Assembly: GCA_052327205.1 (NCBI GenBank)
Contig: CM126204.1
Location: forward strand, 142,786,001-142,850,000
Reading direction: 5' to 3'
From: Somniosus microcephalus
Lineage: Eukaryota
Length of the DNA stretch: 64,000 nucleotides
Shown here: in pieces, positions 26,595-38,651 of the stretch
Position numbering within the stretch: the first letter of the stretch is position 1
How the letters are laid out: the number at the start of each line of letters is the position of its first letter
Made by a program: the position numbers and the translations under genes
Notes under the pieces: generated by a model
What the model saw: only the letters and a program-made list of their open reading frames with translations
Told to the model about the DNA's origin: nothing
Database searches by the model: none

Positions 26595-26900
26595 TAAATC
26601 TTTTTTGCACCCTCTCCAATGCCTCTCTATCCTTTTTATAATATGGCGACCAGAACTGTACAAAGTACTCCAAGTGTGATCTAACCAAGATTCGATAGTT
26701 TAGCATAACTTCTCTAATTTTCAATTCTATCCCTCTAGAAATAAACCCTAGTGCTTGGTTTGCTTTTTTATGGCCTTATTAACCTGTGTTGCTACTTTTA
26801 GTGATTTGTGTATTTGTACTCCGAGATCCCTTTGTTCCCACCTAGACTTGCACCCGCCAAGTAATGAGTGACCTCCCCATTCTTCCTACCAAAATGTAAT

Positions 26901-27661
26901 GGGTCAGAAATTCGGGTCCCCACGGGTGTGTACGCGCTGTGTACTCACACGTAGGGCCAACGAAAGTGCTAGTTTCGTGCATGCACTGCGCATGCGCTGG
27001 AAATCGGAACTTCCGTTCCCTTGAAGGAAGGGATTCACAGGTCAACCGTGTGCACCAGAGAGGCAGTGCGTACGCCTGGAACTTCCAATTTTTTTTACAG
27101 CTTTCTCCGGGAGGGTAAGTCTCTAGCAGCTGCGTGTTTAAAAAGCAGTCGCAAGGCCTGCTTTTAACAAGGTAAGTGGTGAATTAAGTAAAATTAAAAC
27201 ATTTTTTCCACAGGTTTATTATTTTTAAATACTTTAAAGAAAGGTAAGTTTATTTTTAGCCCCATTAAAAACTGTAATTAATTTTTTCAAAAATTTAAAT
27301 TATTGTTTAAAAGTTATTTTATATAATTTATAGTTATTTTAAAAATGTGATTTAAAAAAAAATGTATTTGAAGTTTTAGTTAGGTTTTGGGGCCGATCTC
27401 TATTCATAGATTTGACAGGTCTTCCTGTCAAATTTATGAATGGAGATTCCCTGCTATGATTGGCTCTCCATGGCCCATGTGATCCCAGGGACGCTTCGAA
27501 CTAACTGCGCCCCTGGGATACGCAAGCACTGCGCGCCGGCAGCTGGAGGAGGCCCAGGATCGGAATCCCACGCGGGCCCACAACACAACGGCAGGCGCGC
27601 TAGGTAAGTGCAGGTCGGGGGCTTGCACCCGCGGGAAGCCTCCGACCCGAATTTCTGGGCC
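26901..27661. mobile_element. Harbinger-type MITE
   Basis: TIR gggtcagaaattcgggtc / gacccgaatttctgggcc; TSD AAT; CR1 flanks rejoin (compare ~33195-33220). Confidence 0.8.
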
Positions 27662-29244
27662 AATACCTCACATTTATCTCTGTTGAACTTCATCTGCTAA
27701 TTATATGCCCATTCTGCAAGTTTATTAATGTCCTCCTGTAACTTGTTGCAGTCCTCCTCAGTACTGACTATCCCCCCCCAATTTGGTGTCATCCGTAAAT
27801 TTAGAAATTGTGTTTTTAATTTCAAAGTCTAAATTGTTAACATAAATTGTGCACAACAGTGGTCCCAGCACTGATCCTTGTGGAACACCACTACCCACCT
27901 TCTACCACTGTGAATAGCTACCCTTTACTCCCACTCTCTGCTTTCTGTCTTGAAGCCAGCAAACTATCCATTCTGCTTGTTGTCCCCTGACTCCGCATTC
28001 TTGACAAAGAGTTTGACTCGAAACGTTGACTCTATTTCTCTCTCCACAGATGTTGCCTGGCCTGCTGAGTTTTTCCAGCATTTTCTGTTGTTATTTCGGA
28101 TTTCCAGCATCCGCAGTATTTTGCTATCGTATCCGCATTCTCTGACCTTGTTCATCAGTCTATTATGGGGTACCTTATCGAAGGCCTTTCGAAAATCTAG
28201 ATAAATTACATCTACTGAATTACCATTGTCTACTCTCTCTGTTACCTCTTCAAAAAATTCAATGAGGTTGGTCAAGCAAGACTTTCTCTTTTGAAATCCA
28301 TGCTGACTATTCATTACTATGTTTTTGGCTTCTAGATGTTCTTCTATTTTCTCCTTTAGTAGGGATTCCATTATTTTTCCTACCACCGATGTTAACCTGA
28401 CTGGTCTACAATTCCCTGGACATGTTCTATCCCCCTTCTTAAATATAGGTATTACGTTAGCTTTCTGCCAGTCCTCTGGCACTCCACCTTTTTCTAACGA
28501 ATTATTAAATATGTGTAGTAATGCCATTATTCCCCATGTCATTCCACATATCCACAATTATGTGGTAAATATCATCCTAATCTCCAGTCATACTTGAGGT
28601 CTGTTCATTTTGTACCTGTGTCCTCTGTTCTGTTATCACAGTCTAAGTTAACTAACAACAATAAGTTGCATTTATATAGTGCCTTTAACGTAGTAAAATG
28701 TCCCAAGGCACTTCACAGGAGCGATTATCAAACAAAGTTTGACACATAAAGCCACATAAGGAGATGTTAGGACAGATGACCAAAAGCTTGGTCAAAGAGA
28801 TACGTTTTAATGAATCTCTTGGAAGGAGGAGAGAGGTAGAGAGACGGAGAGGTTTAGGGAGGGAATTCCAGGACTTAGGACCTAGGCAGCTCAAGGGACG
28901 GCTGCCAAATGGTGGAGAGATGAAAATCGTGGAGAGATGAAAATTGGGGATGAGCGAGAGGCCAGAATTGGAGGAGCGCAGAGAACTCGGAGGGTCGTCA
29001 GGCTGGAGGAGATTGCAGAGATAGGGAGGTAATAACCTGATTACATTCACGTTATCCACATCTCCCATTAGTTTAAAGTCTTGGATCACATTGTGGTCCC
29101 TTTTGTGAATGACTTCATAATCTAGAACCCTGAGTCCAAGAATCCTCCTTATTGCTTTTTTCTGAACCCTCTGCAATGGATCAATGGCCTTTTGAAGGAT
29201 CGGTTGCTCAAAACTGCAAACAATATCCTACATGTGGCTTTTTA

Positions 29245-32200
29245 AAATTTGTTTTTATTTGTTTATGGGATCAGGGCGTCACTGGCAAGGCCAGCATTTA
29301 TTGCCCATCCCTAGTTGCTCTTGAGAAGGTGTTGGTGAGTCGCCTTCTTGAACCGCTGCAGTCCGTGTGGTGAAGGTACTCCCACAGAGCTGTTAGGTAG
29401 GGAGTTCCAGGATTTTGACCCAGCGACGATGAAGGATTGACGATACACTTCTAAGTCGGGATGGTGTGTGACTAGGAGGGGAACTTGGAGGTGGTGGTGT
29501 TCCCATGCGCTTGCTGCCCTTGTCCTTCTAGGTGGAAGAGGTCGTGGGTTTGGGAGGTGCTGCCGAAGTGGTGAGTTGCTGCAGTGCATCTTGTAGGTGG
29601 TACACACTGCAGCCACGGTACGCCGATGGTGGAGGGAGTGAATGTTTAAGGTGGTGGATGGGGTGCCAATCATGTGGGCTGTTTTGTCCTGGATGGTGTC
29701 AAGCTTCTTGAGTGTTGTTGGAGCTGCACTCATCCAGGCAAGTGGAGAGTGTTCCATCACACTCCTTACTTGTGCCTTGTAGATGGTGGAAAGGCTTTCG
29801 GGAGTCAGGAGGTGAGACACTCGCCGCAGAATACCTAGTGCTCTTGTTGCCGCAGTATTTATGTGGCTGGTCCAGTTAAGTTTCTGGTTAATGTTGACCC
29901 CCAGGATGTTGATAGTGGGGGATTCGGTGATGGTAATGCCATTGAATGTCAAGGGGAGGTGGTTAGACTCTCGCTTGTTGGAGATAGTCATTGCCTGGCA
30001 CTTCTGTGGCGCGAATGTTACCTGCCACTTATTAGCCCAAGTTGAACGTCATCCAGGTCTTGTTGTATATGGGCATTGACTGCTTCATTATCTGTGGAGT
30101 TGCAAATGGTGCTGAACACTGTGCAGTCATCAGCGAACATCCCCATTTCTGACCTTATGTTGGAGGGAAGGTCACTGATGAAGCAGCTGAAGATGGTTGG
30201 GCCTAGGACACTGCCCTGAGGAACTCCTGCTGCAATGTCCTGGGGCTGTGACGATTGACCTTCAACCACCACAACCATCTTCCTTTGTGCTAGGTATGAC
30301 TAAGTATGACTCCAGCCAGTGGAGCATTTTCTCCCTGATTCCCATTGACTTCAGCTTTACTAGGGCTCCTTGATGCCACACTCAGTCAAATGCCGCCTTG
30401 ATTTCAAGGGCAGTCGCTCTCACCTCACCTCTGGAATTCAGCTCCTTTGTCTATGTTTGAACCAAGGCTGTAATGAGGTCGGGAGCTGAGTGGTCTTGGC
30501 GGAACCCAAACTGGGCATCAGTGAGCAGGTTATTGGTGAGTAAGTGCCGCTTGATAGCACTGTCGATGACACGTTCCATCACTTTGCTGATGATTGAGAG
30601 TGGACTGATGGGGCAGTAATTGGCCGGGTTGGATTTGTCCTGCTTTTTCTAGATAGGTCATACCTGGGCAGTTTTCCACATTGTCGGATAGATGCCAGTG
30701 TTGTAGTTGTACTGGAACAGCTTGGCTAGAGGAGCAGCTAGTTCTGTAGCACAAGTCTTGCAGCACGATAGCCGGGATGTTGTCAGGGCCCATAGCCTTT
30801 GCTGTATCCAGTGCGCTCAGCCATTTCTTGATATCACGGAGAGTGAATTGAATTGGCTGAAGACTGGCTTCTGTGATGGTGGGAACCTCGGGAGTAGGCC
30901 GATATGGATCATCCACTCGGCACTTCTGGCTGAAGTTGGTTGCAAACGCTTCAGCCTTGTCTTTTGCACTCACGTGCTGGGCTCCACTATCATTGAAGAT
31001 GGGGATATTCACGGAGCATCCTCCGCCCATGAGTTGTTTAATGGTCCACCACCGTTCACGACTGGATGTGGCAGGACTGCAGAGCTTTGATCTAATCTGT
31101 TGATTATGGGATCGCTTAGCCCTGTCTATAGCGTGCTGCTTCTGCTTTTTAGCTTGCATGTAGTCCTGTGTTGCAGCTTCCCCAGGTTGGCACCTCATTT
31201 TTAGGTATGCCTGGTGCTGCTTCTGGCATGCTCTTCTACACTCGTTGTTGAACCAGGGTTGGTCCCCTGGCTTGGTGGTAATGGTAGATTGAGGGATATG
31301 CTGGGCCATGAGGTTACAGATTGTGGTGGAATACAATTCTGCTGTTGCTGATGGCCTACAGCGCCTCACGGATGCCCAGTTTTGAGCTGCTAGATCTGTT
31401 CTGAATCTATCCCATTTAGCACGGTGGTCGTGCCACACAACACGATGGAGGGTGTCCTCAGTGTGAAGACGGGACTTCGTCTCCACAATCACAGTGCGGT
31501 GGTCACTGCTGCCAATGCTGTCATGGACAGATGCATCTACGACAGGTAGATTGGTGACGAAGAGGTCAAGTAGGTTTTTCCCTCTTGTTGGTTCACTCAC
31601 CACCTATCGCAAGCCCAGACTGGCAGTTATTTCCTTCAGGACTCGGCCAGCTCGGTCAGTAGTGGTGCTACCGAGCCACTCTTGGTGATGGACATTGAAG
31701 TCCCCCACCCAGAGTACATTCTGTGCCCTTGCTACTCTCAGTGCTTCTTCCAAGTGGTGTTCAACATGGAGAAGTACTGATTCATCAGCTGAGGGAGGGC
31801 GGTAGGTGGTAATCAGCAGGAGGTTTCCTTGCCCATGCTTGACCTGAAGCCATGAGACTTCATGGGGTCTGGAGTCAATGTTGAGGACTCCCACGGCCAC
31901 TCCTTCCCGACTGTATACCACTGTGCCACCACCCCTGGTGGGTCTGTCCGCCAAGACCACTCAGCTCCCGACCTCATTACAGCCTTGGTCCAAACATGGC
32001 CAAAGGAGCTGAATTCCAGAGGTGAGGTGAGAGTGACTGCCCTTGACATACCCAGGGATGGTGATGGAGGAGTGCGGGACATTGGCTGAAAGGTATGATT
32101 CTGTGAGTGTGACTATGTCAGGCTGTTGCTTGACTAGTCTATGGGACAACTCTCCCAATTTTGGCACAAGTCCCCAGATGTTGGTGAGGAAGACTTTGCA

Positions 32201-32635
32201 GGGTTGACTGGGCTGGGTGTGCCGTTTCCGTGTCCGTAGCTGGTGCCGAGGTCGATGCCGGGTGGTCCGTCCGGTTTCATTCTTATTTTGTTTCGTAGCG
32301 GTTAGTTACAACTGAGTGACTTGCTAGGCCATTTCAGAGGGCAGTTAAGAGTCAGCCACATTGCTGTGGGTCTGGAGTCACATATCGGCCAGACCAGGTA
32401 AGGACGGCAGATTTCCTTCCCTAAAGGACATTAGTGAACCAGATGGGTTTTTACGACAATCCGATAGTTTCATGGTTACTATTACTGATACTAGCTTTTT
32501 ATTCCAGGTTTATTTAATTAACTGAATTTAAATTCCCCAGCTGCCGTGGTGAGGTTTGAACTCACGTCTCTGGATCATTAGTCCAGGTCTCTGGATTACT
32601 AGCCCAGTGACATTACCAAAACGCTACCGTTCCCG
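29245..32635 (-). mobile_element. Near full-length single-ORF APE-RT LINE with a tRNA-like 5' head, frameshifted
   Basis: EN motifs LTESYL, YRPPS, VGDFNVHH, SDHRTV; [16 protein letters not shown]; C-terminal IYKAQVRSVME. Clade not resolved. Confidence 0.85.
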
Positions 32636-34258
32636 ATTCCCAATGAGTTATGCAAGATTCAAACATTAAATAGTCTTAAGATGCATTTCACTATATAGCA
32701 CTTGATTAGTTTTATTAACACCTGACTGGATGTTATCAATGGTTAACATTCACTTCTTGTCCTGTGTTTACTAATAGACTGTGTCCACATGTATCTGTGC
32801 TAATCTGCACCGTGTAATATTTATATGCACATTAAAATCCATCAACGGTCCTTTATCTCATTTACATAATTGGTCCAACTCATTTTCAGTGCTGTCAACC
32901 TTTCTTCCATTAGTTATCTAATCAAATAGAATTAAAAGCAGATATTATAGTACAATTTTGACTCTTGAGGTCGATAGATTTTTGCTAGCCAAGGGTATTA
33001 AGGGATATGGAGCCAAAGCGGGTAAATGGAGTTAGGATACAGATCAGCCATGATTTCATTTATTGGCGGAACAGGTTTGAGGGGCTGAATGGCCTACTCC
33101 TGTTCCTATGTTCCTTCCTAATAGATCCTTTTGCTCTTCTACCCCACTTAGATTCTTATTTTCCAAGTAATGTGTGACCTCCTTATTTTTCTTACCAAAA
33201 TGTAATATCTCACATTTATCTGTGTTGAAACATTAATTTTCCAATTATATGACCATTCTGCAAGTTTATTAATGTCTTCTTGTAATTTGTGGCAGTCCTC
33301 CTCAGGATTGACTATTCCCCCCCCCCCCCCAAATTGGGTGTCATCCACAAATTTAGAAATTGTGTTTGATTCCGAAGTCTAAATCGTTACTATAAGTTGT
33401 GAACAACATTGGTCCCCGCACTGATCCTTGTGGACCCCACTTTCCACCTTCTGCCACTCTGTAGTGTATGTAACCTGTACCACCTTAAGAGGATACCTTA
33501 AGGTGATGGACTACTTTCTGATGGCTCCTGTACATTGTAGTACCGGTGGTGACCACACCGGTATATAAACCCTGTGGAGCAAAGTGTATTTCAGTTCAGC
33601 CCTGACCCTCAGTTACTAAAGACCTGTTTAAGTATTCTGTAGTCTGTGTCCAGTTATTCAGCATAACTACATTTGAAAGCACAGACTCAACAGTGGCGAC
33701 GAGTCTGATCGTACCTAGCGGCAGTTTTGCATCCAAGGAAGCTTCGTCCTCAGAACGGGCGTCGAAAAGGGGCATCCGCCCTCAACATCCTGCTGAGCAC
33801 TGCATCGCACGGGAGGCCATCGGGAACCCGGGTTGGTTTGCTGGCCACGAAGTCCACCATCAGCAACAGGCAGTGATCATCCCTTCTACGACAGCGGCGG
33901 GTAAGCCCGATCGAGCGGCACGGAGGGGAAGTCGGCCGAGTTGTCAGTGGGAGAAGGGGAGGGAAAACGAAAAGGGCGGAGAACACGACCGCAGCCGGTG
34001 TCAGGGGCCGGACTGCAATCGGGGCAGAGACGCGCAGCAGCCAGAAAAGCGTTGATGTCCACAAGGACCGCGGGAGCGGCGGGGAACAAGAGCAGCAGCG
34101 TCGGGGGAAATAAAGGACCGCCGGGAGGAGAGAACGGCAACAGCGCGGTAATCGCCATTTTTAGTCGGCGGAGGAAGAAGACAAGCGCGGGAAAAGCTGC
34201 CAAGCGCGGGAAGCCGCCATTTTGAAAAATAAAATAAAATAAAGGAAACTCAACAAGG

Positions 34259-35437
34259 ATGCCAAAAACGGGTAACATCACTGCTTTTGATAGCGATGTG
34301 GAAGATTGGGCCACTTATGTGGAACGCGTCGAAGTTTACTGTACAACGAATGAGGTACCGGAGGATAAGAAAGCACTAACCCTATTAAACTCGATGGGTG
34401 CGAAGACGTACGGGTTATTAAGGAACCTTGTAACACCAGATAAACCGGTAGGAAAGAGTTTCGCGGATATTGTTACTATCCTGCAAGAGCATTTAAACCC
34501 CACACCGCTGCTGATAGCGGAACGATTTAAATTCGACAAAAGAATTCAACTTAAAGAGGAAAGCAACGCTGAATTCTTAATCGAACTGCGCAAGTTATCA
34601 AAGTACTGTCAGTTCGGTACAGGACTAGCAGACGCACTGAGAGATAAGTTTGTGTGTGGGCTCCTAAGGGAAGGAACCCAGAAGCGACTGCTAGAGGAAA
34701 AGGATCTTACGCTGGACAAAGCTTTCAGCATTGCAGCATCGCACGAGGCAGCAGCACGAGGCGCTGCAGAGATACAGCAAAGGCCATTGGAATTCAGCAC
34801 CAATGAAATGGCATTGGGCGCAGTAAAGTGCTATCGTTGCGGAAGGACAACGCATGACCAGAACCAGTGCTGGTTCAAAGATAAAGAATGCAGGCAATGT
34901 GGCAAACTTGGTCACATAGCGAGAGTATGCCAGTCAGGAAAGAAGACCAGCAGCAAAAAGTCGCAGCAGGAGAAGTACAAAAAAAAAGTACACAAGGTGA
35001 CAGAGAACAGTTCGGATGAACAGAAGATGGATTCAGACTCCAGCAGTAAGGAACTGGGTTGTCTAAAAATACATAATGTGGGTAACACAGCAGACCACCA
35101 AACTATCTGGGTCATGCTTCGGATAGCAGGAGCCCAAGTGAAGATGGAATTGGACACTGGATCAGCATTGACGGTCATGAATAAGCAAGATTACAAAAGG
35201 TTATTCTCGCACATTCCCCTGAGGGATACGGAGATTGTATTGAAAACATACACGGGGCAAATAGTATACCCCATCGGAAAGATAAAAGTAAATGTGGTCT
35301 ACAATGGTAAAGAAAGTCAGGAAATGGACTTGTATGTGTTACCTGATGGAGGTCCGCCACTACTGGGACGGGAATGGATCCGGAGAATAAATGTGGACTG
35401 GCATTCCATTACAAGCACTGACTGTAGATTCCTGTAA
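34259..35437 (+). CDS. Gag-protease part of gag-pol
   Basis: Two zinc knuckles (CYRC..HDQNQC, CRQC..HIARVC), protease LDTGS, PLLGREW. Confidence 0.9.
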   Translation: MPKTGNITAFDSDVEDWATYVERVEVYCTTNEVPEDKKALTLLNSMGAKTYGLLRNLVTPDKPVGKSFADIVTILQEHLNPTPLLIAERFKFDKRIQLKEESNAEFLIELRKLSKYCQFGTGLADALRDKFVCGLLREGTQKRLLEEKDLTLDKAFSIAASHEAAARGAAEIQQRPLEFSTNEMALGAVKCYRCGRTTHDQNQCWFKDKECRQCGKLGHIARVCQSGKKTSSKKSQQEKYKKKVHKVTENSSDEQKMDSDSSSKELGCLKIHNVGNTADHQTIWVMLRIAGAQVKMELDTGSALTVMNKQDYKRLFSHIPLRDTEIVLKTYTGQIVYPIGKIKVNVVYNGKESQEMDLYVLPDGGPPLLGREWIRRINVDWHSITSTDCRFL

Positions 35438-38215
35438 AGAGGACGACGTCAAACCTAAACGACTGTCCAAAATATTGGACGATGCTAAGGAGGTGTTCCA
35501 ACAGGGACTGGGAACACTGAAAGGAATTACGGCAAACATCAAGGTTGAAGAACATGCAAACCCAAAATTTTTCAAAGCCAGACCGGTACCTTATGCGATA
35601 CGACCTGCTGTGGAAGCAGAGCTGGAAGGGCTAGAACGTTCAGGAGTACTGTCAAAGGTGGACTGGAGCGAATGGGCCACACCCATTGTTCCTGTCATGA
35701 AGCATTCGTTGAGCAACAAGCCGGGGGAACCTGGGAAGGTTCGCATCTGTGGCGATTTCAAGATCACTGTTAATCCGGTTCTTCACACGGTGCAATATCC
35801 GCTTCCGCGAATTGAAGATATCTTCGCTTCGCTGTCTGGCGGGAAACACTTCACCAAGATAGACCTGGTGCAGGCGTACCTACAGATGGAAGTTGATGAA
35901 GCGTCACGCCAGTATCTCATGATCAACACACATAAGGGCTTATATCGGTATAATAGACTGGTTTTTGGAGTGGCATCGGCTCCAGTGATTTGGCAAAGGG
36001 CCATGGAGCAGGTATTGCAGGGAATTCCAGGCACACAATGCTACCTGGACGACATTCTGATTACAGGAGATGATGATAAGGATCACCTCGCGAATTTGGA
36101 GCAGGTGCTCACCAGATTGAAAGAATATGGGCTCAGAGTTAATCGCCAGAAATGTAAGTTCTTTCAAAAGCGAATCTCGTACTGCGGCCACGTCATTGAC
36201 CAGGAGGGGCTCCATAAGTCACCTGACAAGATCGAAGCTGTTGTGAAAGCTTCCGCTCCGGAAAATGTATCCCAGTTGAGGTCGTTCCTTGGGTTGGTTA
36301 ACTATTACCACAAGTTTCTTCCAAATTTATCCACGGTGTTACACCCGCTGAACGCTCTTTTGCAAATGGGAATACCATGGAAGTGGAGCGATGATTGTAA
36401 GCAGGCTTTTCACAAAAGCAAGGCACTGATCACCTCTAAGGAAGTGTTGGCTCACTTTAACCCAACGCTGCCTATTCGCTTAGCTTGTGATGCTTCTCCA
36501 TATGGTATTAGGGCAGTGCTCTCACATAAGTTTCCAAATGGCTTGGAAAGGCCAGTCGCGTTCGCATCCAGATCATTGACCTCCACAGAGCGCAACTATG
36601 CTCAGATAGATAGGGAGGCTCTCAGCCTCGTGTGGGGAGTTAAGAAATTTAACCATTACCTGCAAGGCCAAAAGGTTACGCTGCTGACAGATCACCAGCC
36701 GTTGGTTTCCATTTTTAACCCTAAGAAGGGTGTTCCGGTTATGACGGCGCTGAGGCTTCAGAGATGGTCCCTTTTCCTAGGGGCACATCAATATGATATC
36801 GAATTCAAAGGTACAAAGCAACATGGTAATGCTGATGGGCTGTCGCGCCTGCCACTACCTACAGCGGAAGAGGCACCGGCAGTTGACCCTGTCGAGATAT
36901 TTCACTCGACCATCATCGAATGCTTACCAGTCACCAATGCGGGTATTGAGAGAGAGACCCGAAACGACCCGACACTGTCTCGGGTCTACGATTTGACAGT
37001 GAAGGGATGGCCAGCACATGGCGAACCACTGTTACCTGCATTCTCAGCCAGACGAGAACAGCTGTCCGTCTGTCAAGGAACATTGATGTATGGAACAAGG
37101 GTGATTATTCCTCCTAAATTAAGGGAGAGAGTTCTGAAGGAACTGCATGAAGGTCATCTGGGGGGAGTCAAGATGAAAAGCCTTGCTAGGGCTTATGTGT
37201 GGTGGCCAGGTATCGACAAACAAATAGAGGATCTGACTAAAAGCTGCTCAGGGTGCCAAAAAGTTCAAAACGCACCTCCAATTGCACCGCTGCATCCGTG
37301 GGAATGGCCTTCAACCCCATGGCAACGTGTGCATATCGACTTTGCAGGTCCATTCATGGATTCCATGTTTTTGATAGCGGTAGATGCACATTCTAAATGG
37401 CCAGAAGTGATTAAGATGTCGACCACTACCTCTGAAAAGACGATCGCAGTTCTAAGAACCATATTTGCAAGGAATGGGTTGCCGGAACAAATATGTTCAG
37501 ACAACGGACCACAGTTCGTGTCAGAAGAATTCCAGAAATTCATGAAAAAGAATGGGGTGAAACACTATACATCTGCCCCATATCATCCGGCTACCAATGG
37601 GTTGGCCGAGAGATTTGTACAAACGTTCAAAAAGGCGATAAAGGCCATGAGCGAAGACCATGTTCCACTACAACACAAGGTGGACAATTTCCTGATGGCA
37701 TATCGAAACGTCACGCATGCAGTGACAAATCAAAGCCCTGCCATAATGTTCTATAACAGGAGGTTGCGGTCCCGGTTGGATTTGTTAAAACCCAATGTGC
37801 GTAGGGAAGTCGAAAACAAGCAATTCCAGCACGTAAATAACAAGGCCACTCGGAGTTTCGAAATAGGACAACCAGTGTTGGCCACGGACTATAGGAATGA
37901 TAAATGGCAATCCGGAACAATTCGTGCCCGACAAGGACCCTTGATGTACACGGTAGACGTTGGTGAGAACGTAATACAACGTCATGCTGACCAACTTGTG
38001 GAATCGAGAACAAGGGTCGACCCCATGTCTACGGCAGAGACACCAGTTGAAGAAGTTATTGAGCCTGTAGCATCTACCTCAGACTCGAACGTACATGATG
38101 ATGTTCAATCCATAGGAGATCAAATGGATGAGTCACCCCAGCAACGAGAACCAGAGACCCCGAAAGGCGTTATCCGGCCTGGATCAGGAGGCCTCCTCAG
38201 AGACTGAATCTTTGA
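35391..38215 (+). CDS. Pol (RT, RNaseH, integrase), offset from gag-protease by one base near 35410; second frameshift near 38160
   Basis: YLDD, CDASPYG, HEGH..CSGC, DAHSKW, SDNGPQF, GLAERFV; family-type C-terminus RRYPAWIRRPPQRLNL* lies in another frame. Confidence 0.9.
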
Positions 38216-38651
38216 ACAGTTTTGTGTGAAAGTTGTATATATGTTATCCATGTTATGTTTAAATTGGGGTGTACACTGTTAAGCTAAAAGGGGAGGAATT
38301 GTAGTGTATGTAACCTGTACCACCTTAAGAGGATACCTTAAGGTGATGGACTACTTTCTGATGGCTCCTGTACATTGTAGTACCGGTGGTGACCACACCG
38401 GTATATAAACCCTGTGGAGCAAAGTGTATTTCAGTTCAGCCCTGACCCTCAGTTACTAAAGACCTGTTTAAGTATTCTGTAGTCTGTGTCCAGTTATTCA
38501 GCATAACTACATTTGAAAGCACAGACTCAACACTACCCTTCACCCCTACTCTCTGTTTCTATCTTGAAGCCAGCTAGCTATCCATTCTGCTACTTGTCTC
38601 CTGACTTTGCATTCTCTGACCTTATTCATTAGTCTATTATAGGGTACCTTA

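Larger units (their letters stand above)
25803..28520 (-). mobile_element. CR1 3' portion interrupted by two MITEs and a Penelope fragment
   Basis: RT motifs SQHGFQKRKSCLTNL, YLDFRKAFDKVPH; C-terminus RRNFFTQRV. Confidence 0.8.
33460..38532 (+). mobile_element. Gypsy LTR retrotransposon (Mag/K02A2.6-like), full length, identical LTRs
   Basis: 233-bp LTRs 33460-33692 and 38300-38532, TG..CA, no differences seen; PBS TGGCGACGAG; PPT AAAAGGGGAGGAA; no TSD (cactc / ctacc). Confidence 0.95.

Noticed and set aside
35400-35420. Programmed frameshift between gag-protease and pol
   Set aside because: No slippery site seen, and both related elements read through this point in one frame; a one-base insertion is simpler.
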